Assembly (NCBI GenBank): GCA_016219965.1
Contig: JACRJM010000002.1
Location: forward strand, 48,233-112,232
Direction: 5' to 3'
Length of the DNA: 64,000 nt
From: Candidatus Schekmanbacteria bacterium
GTDB lineage: Bacteria; Schekmanbacteria; GWA2-38-11; J061
Part shown: positions 62,822 to 64,000 of the stretch, piece by piece
Numbering within the stretch: position 1 is the first letter of the stretch
How the letters are laid out: every line of letters starts with the position of its first letter
Notes under the pieces: model-generated
The model's database searches: none
What the model saw: only the letters and a program-made list of their open reading frames with translations
Told to the model about the DNA's origin: nothing
Translations under genes and position numbers: made by a program

Positions 62822-63895
62822 TTATTTGATGTTCTGGAAGAGTTTGTAGATATAGAAAGGCTGCAACCCTTCATTGATAGTCCTGAGTACGGGTGCAATC
62901 TTTTCAAGGATTTTATCAACTCTTCCAATTGCTGTGTCAGGAACATAAACAATATCGCCTGGCTCTAATTCCACATTCTTGATCTCTAAGTTTTCTTCTA
63001 CGTTCCTGAGATTTGACAGGTTTGCTGTTATTACCTCCGGGTTGCTAACTGCGCCTCTCAGAATCTTTATATTGTCCTTGACTGCAAAGATAGTGAAGTC
63101 TCCTGAGGATGCTATTGCAGATATAAGATTAATCCTGTCATTAGTCATTTTTACTGCTCCGGGAGTTTTTACTTCTCCCAGAACATAGACTATCTTTTCA
63201 TCCTTTTTGGGTATGAATATGAAGTCGTTCGTTGTTATCTCAATATTCATCCCCGTTGCTCCATTGTTTAAGAGCTTTTCAAAATCAACGGGGAGTATCT
63301 TGTTGTCCCTTATCACATAGGCTTTTTTAAGGTCAGATGTCTGTGTGATACCTCCTGCTATTGATATAGCCTGAAGCAGAGAAACTGGGTGTTTTATTTC
63401 ATAAGTTCCGGAATTTTTCACTTCACCGAGAATATAGAAGTATTTGCTTCCATAATTCTGGATGCTTACTATTACCTGCGGATTCTTTACATATTTTGCA
63501 TAAGCTCTTGTTACAACTTCCCTTGCCTCTCCGAGTGTAAGGCCTGCAACTTTTATTTCTCCAACAACGGGAAGAAATATGACTCCATTGTCTTCAACAG
63601 GCGTACCTCCTTTGTCAGCAAGAACTGCCGGGGTTCCCAGTTCAGGATGCTCCCACAGGGATATGAACATTCTGTCTCCTGCTCCGATCCGGTAATTTGT
63701 GTCTTTTACAAGCAACTCTGAGAGGTCATTGTCCGACTCAGGAGCAGCATTTTGGATTGAAGAAGATTCAGCAGTGTTTCCGGTAGCTTTCGCATTAACG
63801 GCAATATCCGGATTTGAAGTTCCGCACCCCGCCATGAATACAACTATTGCTGTGGCAAAATACATTAAGAATTTCATTTTCCGTAAAATAAACAT
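62822..63895 (-). CDS. Polysaccharide export outer-membrane protein (Wza-like, Poly_export plus SLBB domains)
   Basis: 357-aa ORF with a lipoprotein-like signal (FMAGCG). The segments YRIGAGDRMFISLWEHPEL and GEVKNSGTYE are present. Confidence 0.8.
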   Translation of the reverse strand: MFILRKMKFLMYFATAIVVFMAGCGTSNPDIAVNAKATGNTAESSSIQNAAPESDNDLSELLVKDTNYRIGAGDRMFISLWEHPELGTPAVLADKGGTPVEDNGVIFLPVVGEIKVAGLTLGEAREVVTRAYAKYVKNPQVIVSIQNYGSKYFYILGEVKNSGTYEIKHPVSLLQAISIAGGITQTSDLKKAYVIRDNKILPVDFEKLLNNGATGMNIEITTNDFIFIPKKDEKIVYVLGEVKTPGAVKMTNDRINLISAIASSGDFTIFAVKDNIKILRGAVSNPEVITANLSNLRNVEENLEIKNVELEPGDIVYVPDTAIGRVDKILEKIAPVLRTINEGLQPFYIYKLFQNIK

Positions 63896-64000
63896 CAGTG
63901 AAGATCCTCATAAAAAACTGGGCCTGTTATATTAAGCAGTGTATCCCTGTTAAGGTCAACTATCTCTTTTTTGGAAAGCTTCTCGCCGGAAGAATCGTAT
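63895..64000 (-). CDS. 3' end of an unidentified upstream gene (partial)
   Basis: My own translation gives ...YDSSGEKLSKKEIVDLNRDTLLNITGPVFYEDLH*. The stop overlaps the Wza-like start (ATGA). Confidence 0.4.
   Translation of the reverse strand, partial: YDSSGEKLSKKEIVDLNRDTLLNITGPVFYEDLH

Noticed and set aside
1-64000. rRNA, tRNA, tmRNA, riboswitch or CRISPR loci.
   Set aside because: I recognised no cloverleaf-like or conserved RNA signatures by eye in the intergenic regions. A tRNAscan/Infernal run is needed before absence can be asserted.

Overview
This 64-kb window appears to come from an uncultured, probably anaerobic bacterium. All calls rest on reading the ORF translations and the DNA by eye; no searches were run.

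Layout:
- 1-9.6 kb: sugar epimerase, methyltransferase, B12-radical SAM, RadC, and an acyl-CoA block (acyl-CoA dehydrogenase, two-subunit ADP-forming acyl-CoA synthetase, UbiD-family decarboxylase).
- 9.6-10.1 kb: repeat-rich spacer.
- 10.1-16.4 kb: the most unusual region. Five co-oriented ORFs are separated by three integron attC-like sites, with no integrase anywhere in the window (CALIN-type cassette array). Two of the ORFs have no obvious similarity outside a shared C-terminal D-x13/14-E-C-K (PD-(D/E)xK-like) nuclease motif. Each of those two is preceded by the same roughly 100-bp promoter-bearing leader. The other cargo is a membrane-anchored alpha/alpha-toroid-like protein, a small 3-TM protein, and mazE with a truncated mazF.
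- 16.4-18.6 kb: AbiEi/AbiEii and a DUF2283 gene pair.
- 18.6-29.7 kb: a lamin-tail/PEP-CTERM protein, a MacAB-like efflux operon, a flavoprotein plus cNMP/GAF regulator, sigma-54-driven amtB, arfB, and a DUF4139-like protein.
- 29.8-40 kb and 49.8-64 kb: the two halves of a large PEP-CTERM-associated exopolysaccharide locus (Wza, Wzc, Wzy-like, two flippases, GT4 enzymes, WecA-like, DegT, PIG-L, WbqC).
- 40-49.7 kb: an accessory island splitting that locus. It holds a class II Fic, a HEPN-like gene bracketed by a perfect 17-bp direct repeat, a GH18-like gene pair, hicB with an IS30-disrupted hicA, and ImmA/XRE.

No rRNA, tRNA or CRISPR array was recognised.
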